A DNA stretch of 64,000 nucleotides, from NCBI GenBank assembly GCA_018221105.1, contig JAAOYA010000008.1, positions 64,648-128,647 of the forward strand. Reading direction: 5' to 3'. The notes beneath the pieces were generated by a model. That model was not told the DNA's origin, made no database searches, and was given only the letters and a program-made list of their open reading frames with translations. This DNA is from Candidatus Woesearchaeota archaeon. Its GTDB lineage: Archaea > Nanobdellota > Nanobdellia > Woesearchaeales > JAAOYA01. Below are positions 16,769 through 26,100 of this stretch, in pieces. The position numbers and the translations under genes were made by a program. Every line of letters begins with the position of its first letter. The stretch's first letter is position 1.

Positions 16769-17404
16769 TTAGTATTCTGCTATGATTGTTTGCCCTCCAA
16801 CAACTCTTTGACCCTTTTGTATTTTAAGCTTTACTGTTTTTGGAAGTATCAACACCACTTGACTTCCAAGACTAATGAGTCCAATGCGTTCTCCTTTGAG
16901 CATTTGATCGCTTTTTTTTACAAAGCAATGAATCCTGCGAGCTAAAAAACCAGCAATTTGAATCACTTTAACCTTCAAATCCTTGTTTTTAAATAATATC
17001 TCGTTTTTCTCATTTTCTAAAACTAAAAGTGAATCTCTATTGTTCACAACGTCAATAAACTTTCCCTTACTATAATGCGTTTTTAGTACTTGTCCTGTTA
17101 TAGGAGCTCTTTGAAAGTGAACATCAAAAACCGTCAGCATTATACTGATAAAATAACCAGTCGGTGCAACATCATCACTTAAAGTTATGATTTTGCCAAA
17201 CAACCCCTTTTTTAGTTTGACAGTTTTCTTATCATACTCGATAATCTTGATTATTTTACCGTCCGCAGGACTAACAATGTTATTGCCAGGAGGAATTGTT
17301 CTAATAGGATCGCGTAAAAAATAAAATTTGTAAAATGCGAGCCATCCAGCAACAAGCCAAGCAATAATCACCGAACCCCATAATAATATCATAATGTAGA
17401 ACAA
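16769..17404 (-). CDS. phosphatidylserine (archaetidylserine) decarboxylase proenzyme-like
   Basis: SPADGKI, VHFQRAPITG and a LGSQ (LGST-like) self-cleavage region near the C-terminus; N-terminal TM anchor. Confidence 0.65.
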   Translation of the reverse strand: MFYIMILLWGSVIIAWLVAGWLAFYKFYFLRDPIRTIPPGNNIVSPADGKIIKIIEYDKKTVKLKKGLFGKIITLSDDVAPTGYFISIMLTVFDVHFQRAPITGQVLKTHYSKGKFIDVVNNRDSLLVLENEKNEILFKNKDLKVKVIQIAGFLARRIHCFVKKSDQMLKGERIGLISLGSQVVLILPKTVKLKIQKGQRVVGGQTIIAEY

Positions 17405-17534
17405 TGAGTTCTTGTTTTTAAGTTTTTTGCCAAAAAAAACAAGGAAAACTATATAAATAAGCCTGCCTTTTCAGCTTACTAATAAGAATTCATTCCTAAA
17501 TTTAAAAACATTCTAAAGAAGTAACACGATTAAA

Positions 17535-18317
17535 ATGTATTATAAATTCGAAAAAGGAAAACAAAAAGCACTTATAGAGAAAGCTATTGAAAAAGCAGGT
17601 TCTGAAAGAAAATTAGCAGTTAAAATACAAATCCCTAAAGGTTCTTTATACGCTCTCAAGTTTGAAAAAACGAATTTATCAGAAAAGAACCTAAAAAAAC
17701 TCGTGCAATTTTTAGGCATAAAAAATAAAGAAGAACTGAACATTAGAGAAGTTCTCTCAACAAACTGGGGACAAATAAAAGGAGGGAAAAACTTAATCAA
17801 AAAGAAAAAAGATGAAGGCACCATGACTGAAACAATAGAAAAACTCAAAAAAGCCAGTTCGACAAGAATGACAAAATGGCATAAAAATATGAAAGAGAAT
17901 CATTTTGAAAAATATCATAAGTGGCAGTATGAACGTTTCAAAAAAATAGGAGGCGGTTACAAGTATAAATTAACTAACGGAACAAAAGTTAGAAACTTAT
18001 TAGAAAAAGAAGTCGGTGATTTTTTAATAAAACATTTTCCGAAAACAAATTATGAACCATACTTAAATATTGATGGAAAAGCTTATTTTCCAGACTTTTT
18101 ATACAGAAATGTGATAATAGAAGTTACAGAGTGGAAAAACCCATCAAAAGAAAAAATCAGTCAATTACAAAAAAAGCTTGTAGACTATCAAAAAAAAGGT
18201 TATACAGTTTGCTTTTTTATCCCCTATAAATACAGAAAGTTTTATAAAATAATTGAAAAATACCAAATATCTGCTCTACACAAACTAAAAGAATATATAA
18301 GTGCCTCTGTAGCTTAG
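17535..18317 (+). CDS. hypothetical Lys-rich protein with C-terminal PD-(D/E)xK-like nuclease core
   Basis: C-terminal FPDFLYRNVIIEVTEWK resembles the PD...(D/E)xK catalytic core (Hjc/Vsr-like); the N-terminal domain is unrecognised. Confidence 0.3.
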   Translation: MYYKFEKGKQKALIEKAIEKAGSERKLAVKIQIPKGSLYALKFEKTNLSEKNLKKLVQFLGIKNKEELNIREVLSTNWGQIKGGKNLIKKKKDEGTMTETIEKLKKASSTRMTKWHKNMKENHFEKYHKWQYERFKKIGGGYKYKLTNGTKVRNLLEKEVGDFLIKHFPKTNYEPYLNIDGKAYFPDFLYRNVIIEVTEWKNPSKEKISQLQKKLVDYQKKGYTVCFFIPYKYRKFYKIIEKYQISALHKLKEYISASVA

Positions 18318-18426
18318 ACATGTTTTGCAATTGTAAAACGTGGAGCAATAGGTAGAGCGTGCGGCTGTTAACCTCTTTTGAGGGATTGTAACCGCAAGGT
18401 CAGCAGTTCGAGTCTGCTCAGAGGCG
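18303..18426 (+). tRNA. tRNA-Asn (GUU) with two introns (about 28 nt in the D-loop, about 20 nt at canonical 37/38)
   Basis: Acceptor GCCUCUG/CAGAGGC, D-stem GCUU/GAGC interrupted by acauguuuugcaauuguaaaacgugg (self-complementary hairpin), anticodon arm UGCGG-CUGUUA[intron]A-CCGCA, T-arm AGCAG-UUCGAGU-CUGCU, discriminator G. 124 nt pre-tRNA gives 76 nt mature. Confidence 0.65.
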
Positions 18427-18436
18427 CCTTTATTTT

Positions 18437-18532
18437 GGGCCCGTAGCTTAGTCCGGTGGAGCGCACGACTGATAACACAGTCTAACTGTGACTGAAATCG
18501 TGAGGTCCGGAGTTCAAATCTCCGCGGGCCCA
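18437..18532 (+). tRNA. tRNA-Ile (GAU) with 22-nt canonical intron
   Basis: Acceptor GGGCCCG/CGGGCCC-A (conserved archaeal tRNA-Ile), D-arm GCUU-AGUCCGGUG-GAGC, anticodon stem CACGA/UCGUG with loop CUGAUA[intron]A, T-arm CGGAG-UUCAAAU-CUCCG. Confidence 0.75.
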
Positions 18533-18568
18533 TTCTAAAACCTTAAATAAAGTTATGATATCGTTTTT

Positions 18569-20125
18569 TTGATGAAGGTAGAGCAAGTCACTAAAACTGG
18601 TTCTGTTGATTTAGCGCTTGACACCATTAAAATTGGCAAGCAAGCGTTAGTTTTTGTCAATACCAGGCGTAGCGCTGAAAAAGCAAGTGAGGACATTGCA
18701 AAACAAATAAAAAGTGATCAAACGCCTGAACTAGCAGATAAAGCATTGAAAGCTTTGACTAGTCCAACACGCCAATGCCGACGCTTAGCACTAGCTTTGA
18801 GAAAAGGTGTGGCATTTCACCATGCTGGCCTAACGAGTTCTCAGCGTGATTTAATAGAAGAAAACTTTCGAAGTGGCAAAATAAAGATTATTGCTGCAAC
18901 ACCAACACTAGCCTTCGGGCTAGATTTGCCAGCTTTTCGTACTATTATTCGCGACGTTAAACGTTTCGGCCAAACAAGTTGGGGTCTTAGCGATATTCCA
19001 GTGCTTGAATACCATCAAATGGCAGGTCGCGCCGGGCGGCCAGGCAAAGAAAAGTTTGGTGAAGCAATAATCGTGACAACAACACCTGAGGAAGAAGAAC
19101 GCGTCACAGAAAAATTCATTTTGGGTGACGCTGAAGAAATTTATTCCAAGCTAGCAGTAGAGCCAGCACTGCGAATTAGCCTATTATCACTTATTGCAAC
19201 ACAAATTATTAGGACAGAGCCTCACATTAAAGACTTTTACGAGAGAACATTTTGGGCACATCAGTTCAAAGACACAAAAAAACTTGAAAGCATTTTAGGC
19301 AAAGTTTTAGGATTGCTTTCAAAATGGGAATTCGTAAAAACAGAAAGCACAAGTCGTGATTTTGTTGACGCTAATGAGTTAACAGGGAAAACTGTTAATG
19401 CAACACTACTGGGAAGGCGCGTTTCACAACTTTACCTTGATCCCTTAACAGCACAATACTTAATTAATGGCTTATCAAGAGCTGACAAAAAAACCAAGAA
19501 CGTGTTTTCACTATTACAACTAATAAGTTGGACACTAGAAATGAGACCATTACTTCGCGCACGCCAAAAAGACATGCAATTAGTAACAGAGACAATAGTT
19601 GAAGAAGAAGAAAACTTATATTGCAAGCCTCCAACAATGTACGATTTTGAATACCAAGAATACTTAGATTCTGTAAAAACTACAATGTTTTTTAATGATT
19701 GGATAAACGAACAAGACGAAGAATACCTATTAGAAAATTATGACATAAGACCAGGAGAAGTAAGAAGCAAGATAGACACTGCTGATTGGATACTATACTC
19801 ACTAGAAGAAATTGCAAAACTACAAAAACAACACAATCAAGTAAGTGAAATAATTAAGCTACGATTACGACTAAAGCACGGCGCAAAAGAAGAACTACTA
19901 GCACTATTACAACTACGCAACATTGGACGCGTGAGAGCGCGAAAAATGTATTCAAACAACATCAAAACATTAAAAGATGTCAAAAAAGTCGCGCTACCAA
20001 CACTACAACAACTCTTAGGAAAACTAATAGCACTCGACATTAAAGAACAAGTAGGCGACAAAACAATTCCAGTAAAAACAAACAAGCGCAAAGGACAAAA
20101 AAACATCCAAGACTACAAAAAATGA
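18569..20125 (+). CDS. Hel308/Ski2-like helicase, C-terminal portion only (RecA2, winged-helix, ratchet and HLH domains; no RecA1)
   Basis: Begins at helicase motif IV (ALVFVNTRRSAEKASE). Contains motif V (ATPTLAFGLDLPAF) and motif VI (HQMAGRAGRPGKEKFGEAII), then Hel308-type C-terminal domains. No Walker A or DEAH box anywhere in the ORF or upstream. Confidence 0.65.
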   Translation: MMKVEQVTKTGSVDLALDTIKIGKQALVFVNTRRSAEKASEDIAKQIKSDQTPELADKALKALTSPTRQCRRLALALRKGVAFHHAGLTSSQRDLIEENFRSGKIKIIAATPTLAFGLDLPAFRTIIRDVKRFGQTSWGLSDIPVLEYHQMAGRAGRPGKEKFGEAIIVTTTPEEEERVTEKFILGDAEEIYSKLAVEPALRISLLSLIATQIIRTEPHIKDFYERTFWAHQFKDTKKLESILGKVLGLLSKWEFVKTESTSRDFVDANELTGKTVNATLLGRRVSQLYLDPLTAQYLINGLSRADKKTKNVFSLLQLISWTLEMRPLLRARQKDMQLVTETIVEEEENLYCKPPTMYDFEYQEYLDSVKTTMFFNDWINEQDEEYLLENYDIRPGEVRSKIDTADWILYSLEEIAKLQKQHNQVSEIIKLRLRLKHGAKEELLALLQLRNIGRVRARKMYSNNIKTLKDVKKVALPTLQQLLGKLIALDIKEQVGDKTIPVKTNKRKGQKNIQDYKK

Positions 20126-20736
20126 AACAAGTAACTACAGATGATGGCTCAATAACACTTTATAGTGAAAAAATAGGCAGCACTTATCACTCTACAAGTG
20201 GAGCAGTAGAAGAAGCAATCAAAAAGTTTGTCGAGCCAGCAAAACTAGCAGAAGGAGTCAACATACTAGACTTTTGCTTCGGGCTAGGCTACAACAGTGC
20301 GGCAGCACTAGAGGTTGTCAAAAAATGTTCTATTATAGGATTAGAAAATGATTCTAAAATACTAAAAAAAATACAAGATTTAAACCCGCCATTCAAACAA
20401 TATAACATAATAAAAAAGGCAGCTCAAAAACTATTATACAAAGACGAAAATGTTTACATCAAAATAGTTGTTGGTGACGCACGCCAAACAATAAAATTAT
20501 TAGATGAACAATTTGACGCAGTATTCTTTGACCCTTTTGATCCAAAAAAACAACCAGAACTCTGGAGTGAAATAGTATTTAAAGATATTGCGCGCTTAAT
20601 GAAATCAGGCGGTGTGCTAACAACATACAGTTGTGCAAAATGGGTACGACAAAACATGCAAAAAGCAGGATTAAAAGTAGAAGACGGTCCAATAATAGGT
20701 CGCAGGGGACCATCAACTATAGCAGTAAAAGAATAA
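20122..20736 (+). CDS. MnmC-like SAM-dependent methyltransferase (DUF752 / Methyltransf_30)
   Basis: ILDFCFGLGYNSAAAL (cf. E.GFG.G.NFL) and FFDPFDPKKQPELWSEIVF...GGVLTTYSCAKWVRQNMQKAGLKV (cf. D.F.P.kNPeLW...TYs.a..Vrr.l..aGF) match the MnmC methyltransferase domain. ATGA overlap with the upstream helicase gene. Confidence 0.55.
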   Translation: MKQVTTDDGSITLYSEKIGSTYHSTSGAVEEAIKKFVEPAKLAEGVNILDFCFGLGYNSAAALEVVKKCSIIGLENDSKILKKIQDLNPPFKQYNIIKKAAQKLLYKDENVYIKIVVGDARQTIKLLDEQFDAVFFDPFDPKKQPELWSEIVFKDIARLMKSGGVLTTYSCAKWVRQNMQKAGLKVEDGPIIGRRGPSTIAVKE

Positions 20737-20768
20737 TTTAAAAATAGGCAAAAAAAACATTTTCTACA

Positions 20769-21623
20769 ATGGATTATAACAAAGTATACTTTCAAAAACC
20801 AGAAATTAAAAAATTAGTAAGTCAAGGTTACTCTTGCTATGACATGCACTTTCACACACAATACTCCGACACCAGAACAAAACTAAAATTAATTCTCAAA
20901 AAAGCAGCGCGCCAAAACACAGGACTAGCAATCACCGATCATAACGAAATTAAAGGAGCAGTACTAGCAGTTGGGAAAAAAACAGGTGTTCCAATAATAC
21001 CAGGAATGGAAGTGACTACGCGCGGCGGCTATCACATATTATTATACTTTTACGATGTCAACGAGCTCAAAGAATTCTACACAAAATACATACACCCAAA
21101 AAAAGGAAAAAATCCTAATTCAACAACCAATATTAGAACAGTAGAACTATTAGACTTAGCAAAAGCGTACAATTGCGTCACAGCAGCAGCACACCCACTA
21201 GGATTTGGACTCAACGGACTCTACAAAGCACTAAAAAAAGGAATGTTAGAACGAGAACTAACAACCAAAATAGACGCCCTAGAAGTCCTAAACAGTTCAC
21301 AACCAAAATTTTACAACAATCGCGCAATAGAACTAAACAAAAAATTACGCAAGCCAATGATTGGCGGCAGTGACGGCCACACAATAATGGAACTCAATAA
21401 CGCTTTAACTTGCACTGTAGCAAGCGATGTTGACCAATTCTTGCACAAAGTACTACGCAAGAAAGCTTTCATTGTTGGAAAAAGCGCTTCAGTATTCAAT
21501 CACGTGTTCCACCACTCAGAAAGCATAATGCAACACGCCAAATACCCAATAACAACTTTTAAGAATCAAAGCCGTATTTTCAAAAAGTTTATTAAAAAGC
21601 GCAAGATTCAACGCTCTAAATAA
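20769..21623 (+). CDS. PHP-domain metal-dependent phosphoesterase
   Basis: YDMHFHTQYSD (PHP motif I, cf. DLHVHTxxSD), ITDHNEIKG, and GSDGH near the C-terminus. Confidence 0.7.
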   Translation: MDYNKVYFQKPEIKKLVSQGYSCYDMHFHTQYSDTRTKLKLILKKAARQNTGLAITDHNEIKGAVLAVGKKTGVPIIPGMEVTTRGGYHILLYFYDVNELKEFYTKYIHPKKGKNPNSTTNIRTVELLDLAKAYNCVTAAAHPLGFGLNGLYKALKKGMLERELTTKIDALEVLNSSQPKFYNNRAIELNKKLRKPMIGGSDGHTIMELNNALTCTVASDVDQFLHKVLRKKAFIVGKSASVFNHVFHHSESIMQHAKYPITTFKNQSRIFKKFIKKRKIQRSK

Positions 21624-21629
21624 CACCAC

Positions 21630-21730
21630 GTCCCCGTCGTCTAGTCGGATAGGACGCAGGCTTGCGGAAACAAAAAACAAGTTTTTGTTGCAATAAGCCT
21701 GTAACCGGGGTTCAAATCCTCGCGGGGACG
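21630..21730 (+). tRNA. tRNA-Arg (GCG) with 28-nt canonical intron
   Basis: Acceptor GUCCCCG/CGGGGAC-G, D-arm GUCU-AGUCGGAUA-GGAC, anticodon stem CAGGC/GCCUG with loop UUGCGG[intron]A, T-arm CGGGG-UUCAAAU-CCUCG. Confidence 0.6.
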
Positions 21731-21779
21731 TCAGACTTTTTAGAAAAATATAAAAAGCAAGAAAAAAAGAATTAATTTA

Positions 21780-22244
21780 ATGAAAAAAATATTAATCATA
21801 ATTTCTATTCTGTTATTATCTTTGTTTATTGCTTGCAAACCTGAATTTTTACAAAATGACGTTGAAAAAGCAATGCGTAGCCCACTTCATAATCCTACAA
21901 GTTTAGAGCACTGTGAAGAAATAGATCTTAAAATGATACTAGATGATTATGTTAGTTACGCAGGTAGTGGATGTAAACATTTTAAAGAATTTGGTGATGA
22001 TGGACAACCACTTCAACTTCACCAAAACACTGCACCATTATACGCTTTTTACGAGAACAGAGAAGGATATCCTCCAATGCTTGTCGGAGACTTAGCAACG
22101 AGAAAACAAGAATATCAAGAAAGGTACGGATTCAGTGATGACGCACTATATTATGATGTTTGCAAGCGAGTTTTAAACGATAAAGTAATACAGCAAAAAG
22201 AACAGTGCATACAAAGAGTACAAAGTGGAACAACCAACTCTTAA
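21780..22244 (+). CDS. secreted lipoprotein, hypothetical
   Basis: Signal peptide with lipobox LFIAC; 154 aa. Confidence 0.4.
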   Translation: MKKILIIISILLLSLFIACKPEFLQNDVEKAMRSPLHNPTSLEHCEEIDLKMILDDYVSYAGSGCKHFKEFGDDGQPLQLHQNTAPLYAFYENREGYPPMLVGDLATRKQEYQERYGFSDDALYYDVCKRVLNDKVIQQKEQCIQRVQSGTTNS

Positions 22245-22806
22245 TAAAAATTCAATTAAAAAAATTCTTTTTAATCTAATTCATAGTTTTGCATTATACT
22301 TGTTGTTTTTAATAACAGGAATGATTTTCTATTACCTTGGTAAGAAATTCTCTGCTATAAGTTATTCAATATTACCAAAAACTATTATTGCACTTATAGT
22401 TATTCCTTTTTTATACTCTTTATTTGTAAAAAAGAATATAAAAGAATGGCTTTTAATTGTTTTCTTGCTAGTTTTAATGTCATCAACAATATCTTTAAAC
22501 CTAATGAATTCTTATCAAGAAAAAATAGTTGAAACTAGAGCAAGAAACGAATCATTCATTATAAAAGAAAATGTTTTTGCTACAAATTCAGCTTCATTAA
22601 TAGTGTCAACAGCTTGTTATTCGTATAACGTTCGGTCAATAAACGCTGGACCTGATCAACTTGAAAACAAATGCTTTTTCTATAAAATGCACAAGAACAT
22701 CTCAATAGTGTTAAGTTCGATAGTATCCTTCTCATTAATAATTCTTTCAGTAATTTTAGGAAATTTTTTAAGATTTAGAAAAAAAGAACCAGGAATTGTA
22801 ACCTAA
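22225..22806 (+). CDS. integral membrane protein, hypothetical
   Basis: 193 aa, about 5 TM helices. Confidence 0.4.
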   Translation: MEQPTLNKNSIKKILFNLIHSFALYLLFLITGMIFYYLGKKFSAISYSILPKTIIALIVIPFLYSLFVKKNIKEWLLIVFLLVLMSSTISLNLMNSYQEKIVETRARNESFIIKENVFATNSASLIVSTACYSYNVRSINAGPDQLENKCFFYKMHKNISIVLSSIVSFSLIILSVILGNFLRFRKKEPGIVT

Positions 22807-22832
22807 ACAGTTGTCGTTCTCACGGTGACGTT

Positions 22833-23186
22833 TTAGATTATTCCTTTTCTTAGAAGGTAGAATGTTAATAGTCCTAGAAATAGTACTACTCCTAATGTTG
22901 TTAGTATGATTATTTGTAGTTTTTTTTGTTTGCTGTTAATATCCTTCCAGGTTTTGCGCTCCTTCCACTTGTCACGATTAGCAAGGCCTAATCCCATTAA
23001 CCCTAATCCCATAATCCAAAAAGCTGGGTTATCAGTTGCAATGCCTAGTGGTATCCAAGTTATACCAATGATGAAGAATGTGTAATAGTCAGGCTCTTTT
23101 TTCTCGCCCTTGGTTGCAAAATATGCAATAACGCCCAGTATAACAATCAATGCTAGTATTAATATCATAATCCATGGAATTGCCAT
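22833..23186 (-). CDS. small integral membrane protein, hypothetical
   Basis: 117 aa, 3-4 TM helices, Trp-rich. Confidence 0.4.
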   Translation of the reverse strand: MAIPWIMILILALIVILGVIAYFATKGEKKEPDYYTFFIIGITWIPLGIATDNPAFWIMGLGLMGLGLANRDKWKERKTWKDINSKQKKLQIIILTTLGVVLFLGLLTFYLLRKGII

Positions 23187-23212
23187 AAAATTATTTTATG
23201 GAGAACTAGTAT

Positions 23213-24976
23213 TTATTTTTTTTGTCCGTAGTAAAGGTCTTCAACTGTTTCTAAGTTGCTGATGTCATCAAGGCCTCGGTCTTCACGAAGTCGCACGAGT
23301 CGTGGAAAACGCAAGGCGTAACTGCTTTTGTATGCTGGACTTTTTTGTATTTCTTCATATCGTACTTCAATAATGATTTTTGGTTTTACTGTTACAGTTT
23401 TGCCTTTTTCTTTAATTATCAAAGGCTTCAAAAGTTCTGTTAACTGCTCAAAAGTCACACCACCCTCTTGTTCTAGTTCTTTTATTCCTGTTCCGACTTT
23501 TCCAATGTTTAGTATGTTACCGTCTTCGTCTTGGCACGCGACGGCGAAACTTGTAAGCCAACCGCTGCGTTTTCCTTCGCCCCATTCTGCTCCAACTATT
23601 ACTAGGTCTAATTCGTCCATTGTTGGCTTTATTTTTACTCCATAACCCACTCTTGAGCCTGGCTTGTAAGGACTGCTCAAATTTTTGGCCATTATTCCTT
23701 CTTCACCTGATTTTAGTGCTTGCCCGTAGAATTCTTGTGCTGCTTTAACACTGTCGGTGATTAATTGTTTTGCACATATGATTTGTTTTGGTTGCTCGTC
23801 AATAATTTTTGCGATTATCGCACGTCGTTTTTTGAATTGTTCATCAAGCAGTGTTTTTCCATTATATTGTAATATATCAAAAACGTTTACTTCAACAGGC
23901 ATTTTATCGGCTAGTTCTTTAATGCCATACTTTCGTTTAATTCTTTGTGATACTTTTTGAAATGGTAAGTATTTTCCGCTTTTTTTGTCAAATCCTACTG
24001 CTTCAGCGTCAAGAACAAAACTGTCGCCACTGACATGTTTTTTTGTGTATTCTACTACTTCTGGAAATTGTTTTGTTACTTCTTCTAAACGGCGAGTGTA
24101 CAAACTAATTTTATTGTCAACTTTGTGTACTTGCAGTCTAAAACCGTCGTACTTGTACTCAAAAGCTGCTGGTTTGCCAACTCTCTCAAAAGCGTCTTTT
24201 ATGTCTTTGGCTTTTTGGTAAAGCATTACTTTAACAGGAATTTGTGGTTTTAACTCAATTTTTTGTAATCCTTCAAGTCCTTTAGTTGAAGCAATTTTTG
24301 CTACTGTTGCAAAATCATTAGTCAAGTCAATCGCTCGTTGTACAATATCAAGGTATTCATTATATTTTGTTCTGTCTTTGTCAGGTATTACTAATTCATT
24401 TTTTTCTTTGTCATAATGAATTTTTAGTTCTTTTGAGAAGTAAGCCCATAGTATTGCGTCGCGAATGCTTCCTTCACCTATGCCAGCGCGTAATTCTTCT
24501 AGTACTGTTCGCACGATGTAGCGTGCTTCTACTGGTTTTGCACTAGTTAAAAGCTGTGCTATTAATTTAATCTTCCTGTCAACTGTTCCAGCACCTTCTA
24601 AAGTTGATAGTTTTTGCAGGTTGTCAAAAACTTGTTTAATATCAAGCTCTTGTGAAAATAGTGTTGCTTGTGTTTTCTTGCCAGCTAAATTTTCTGCTAC
24701 TATTCCTAAATCGCCTGTTTTTTTCCACTCATCCTCGATTTTTTTCGCGTCAATGCCAGTGGCCACGTTTATTGCTTTCAAGACTAGTCGTGCTGCAACT
24801 CCGAGTTTTCTTTTGTCCCACGTGGCAAACACCCTGCCGCGTAATAATAGTAGAACTGTTGAGAGGTTTTGTGAAGGCGTGTTTTTTAGTAGAACTGACA
24901 AATATTTTGTTTTTTCTAATCGTTTTGTCGTGCTAGCTATTTCTTCGTAGACTTTAACAAGAGCTGAGTATTGCAT
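23213..24976 (-). CDS. lig: ATP-dependent DNA ligase
   Basis: Adenylation motif I EYKYDGFRLQVH (KxDG), OB-fold region, 587 aa typical of archaeal Lig. Confidence 0.85.
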   Translation of the reverse strand: MQYSALVKVYEEIASTTKRLEKTKYLSVLLKNTPSQNLSTVLLLLRGRVFATWDKRKLGVAARLVLKAINVATGIDAKKIEDEWKKTGDLGIVAENLAGKKTQATLFSQELDIKQVFDNLQKLSTLEGAGTVDRKIKLIAQLLTSAKPVEARYIVRTVLEELRAGIGEGSIRDAILWAYFSKELKIHYDKEKNELVIPDKDRTKYNEYLDIVQRAIDLTNDFATVAKIASTKGLEGLQKIELKPQIPVKVMLYQKAKDIKDAFERVGKPAAFEYKYDGFRLQVHKVDNKISLYTRRLEEVTKQFPEVVEYTKKHVSGDSFVLDAEAVGFDKKSGKYLPFQKVSQRIKRKYGIKELADKMPVEVNVFDILQYNGKTLLDEQFKKRRAIIAKIIDEQPKQIICAKQLITDSVKAAQEFYGQALKSGEEGIMAKNLSSPYKPGSRVGYGVKIKPTMDELDLVIVGAEWGEGKRSGWLTSFAVACQDEDGNILNIGKVGTGIKELEQEGGVTFEQLTELLKPLIIKEKGKTVTVKPKIIIEVRYEEIQKSPAYKSSYALRFPRLVRLREDRGLDDISNLETVEDLYYGQKK

Positions 24977-25273
24977 AAGTTAGAACAGATTGGTTATTAT
25001 AAAAATGTTACTTTATTTTTTATGAATTAAAGATTTAAAAAAATTTATAAATTAGCTAATTACAAAATCCTAAATGACGGATATGAAGTATCATCTTGTT
25101 AGAACTTTAGAAAGCGATCCTAAAAAAAAGATATTCTAATATTGGGTGTAAAGCCTCACCGAGTTGATGTTTTATATCATACTTTAGGTCGAGATCGTAG
25201 AGTACTTGTTGACGAAATACCAGAAGGTGATTTGGACAAAATCATAAATGCTTATGAGAGTTCTATAAAATAA

Positions 25274-25927
25274 TTATTTTTTAAGAAGTTTTTTCCCTTT
25301 TTCTACTAAACGATTAATTTTAGGACTAAAATGTCCTATTAGGTCTTCTGGGTTTTCTAAGCGGTTGCCCCAGTTTTGCAAGTAACAAATTTGCTCTAAG
25401 CTTTTTTGCGGTGGAACTGGAACTTTTTCATCAGCGTAGCCCACAGTTATTACTGCTTGTGGTCGTACTTCTCCAATAATGCCAACAGCATCGCAGAGCA
25501 TGTTTTCTTCAAAAGCTCCAACCCAAGCAGTACCCAAATCTAGTGCTGAGGCCATAACTAAAATATTTTGTATTGCAGCTGCACAGTTTTGAATGCCATA
25601 CAATCGCTCACCGCGCAAACCATAAAAACGTTTTACATTGGCCATTTCAGCAACCACAACAATGTGTACTGGAGCATTGCTCATCCAAAATTGTTCAAGG
25701 CACGCTTCTGAAATTTTTTCTTTAATATCGTGATCTGTCACAACTATAAACTTCCAATTTTGCAAGTTACCAGAACTTGGAGCTGCTTGTGCTGCCTCGA
25801 GTAGCAACGCGATTTTTTCTTTTTCTACAGGCACCTCTAAATACTTGCGCACTGTTCGACGTTTTTTTATGATATCCAAAACTTCCATAGAAAAATTATA
25901 GAAAAGCTTGTTTAAAAAAGTTTGCAA
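25274..25927 (-). CDS. nitroreductase-family protein
   Basis: RRTVRKY...APSSGNLQNWKFIVV N-terminal nitroreductase signature; 217 aa. Confidence 0.7.
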   Translation of the reverse strand: MQTFLNKLFYNFSMEVLDIIKKRRTVRKYLEVPVEKEKIALLLEAAQAAPSSGNLQNWKFIVVTDHDIKEKISEACLEQFWMSNAPVHIVVVAEMANVKRFYGLRGERLYGIQNCAAAIQNILVMASALDLGTAWVGAFEENMLCDAVGIIGEVRPQAVITVGYADEKVPVPPQKSLEQICYLQNWGNRLENPEDLIGHFSPKINRLVEKGKKLLKK

Positions 25928-25998
25928 AAGTCATGAAAATTAAAAATTTTCAGGATGCTCAAAAACAATTAAATGTTTTTGACAAAATGGGTGCCCTT

Positions 25999-26019
25999 GT
26001 CCGGGACATTGTCCCGGGC
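25999..26019. other. GC-rich hairpin (CCGGGAC-AUU-GUCCCGG) in AT-rich intergenic DNA
   Basis: Perfect 7-bp inverted repeat inside a local GC island, 3' of ftsZ and 5' of the nitroreductase gene. Confidence 0.3.
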
Positions 26020-26100
26020 GCGGGCAGAACTCAAGTCTTTATATGTTGGGGGGGTGAACATGAGTTATTAAATAAGTCAAAAAAAAATTATGCGCTGCAC

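Noticed and set aside
18285-18533. 82-aa minus-strand ORF
   Set aside because: Lies entirely antisense across tRNA-Asn and tRNA-Ile; its GC-rich codons derive from the tRNA stems.
24977-25273. Possible 44-aa ORF (TTG start, LGVKPHRVDVLYHTLGRDRRVLVDEIPEGDLDKI...) in the ligase-nitroreductase spacer
   Set aside because: Non-ATG start, no clear RBS or promoter, no recognisable family; insufficient support.
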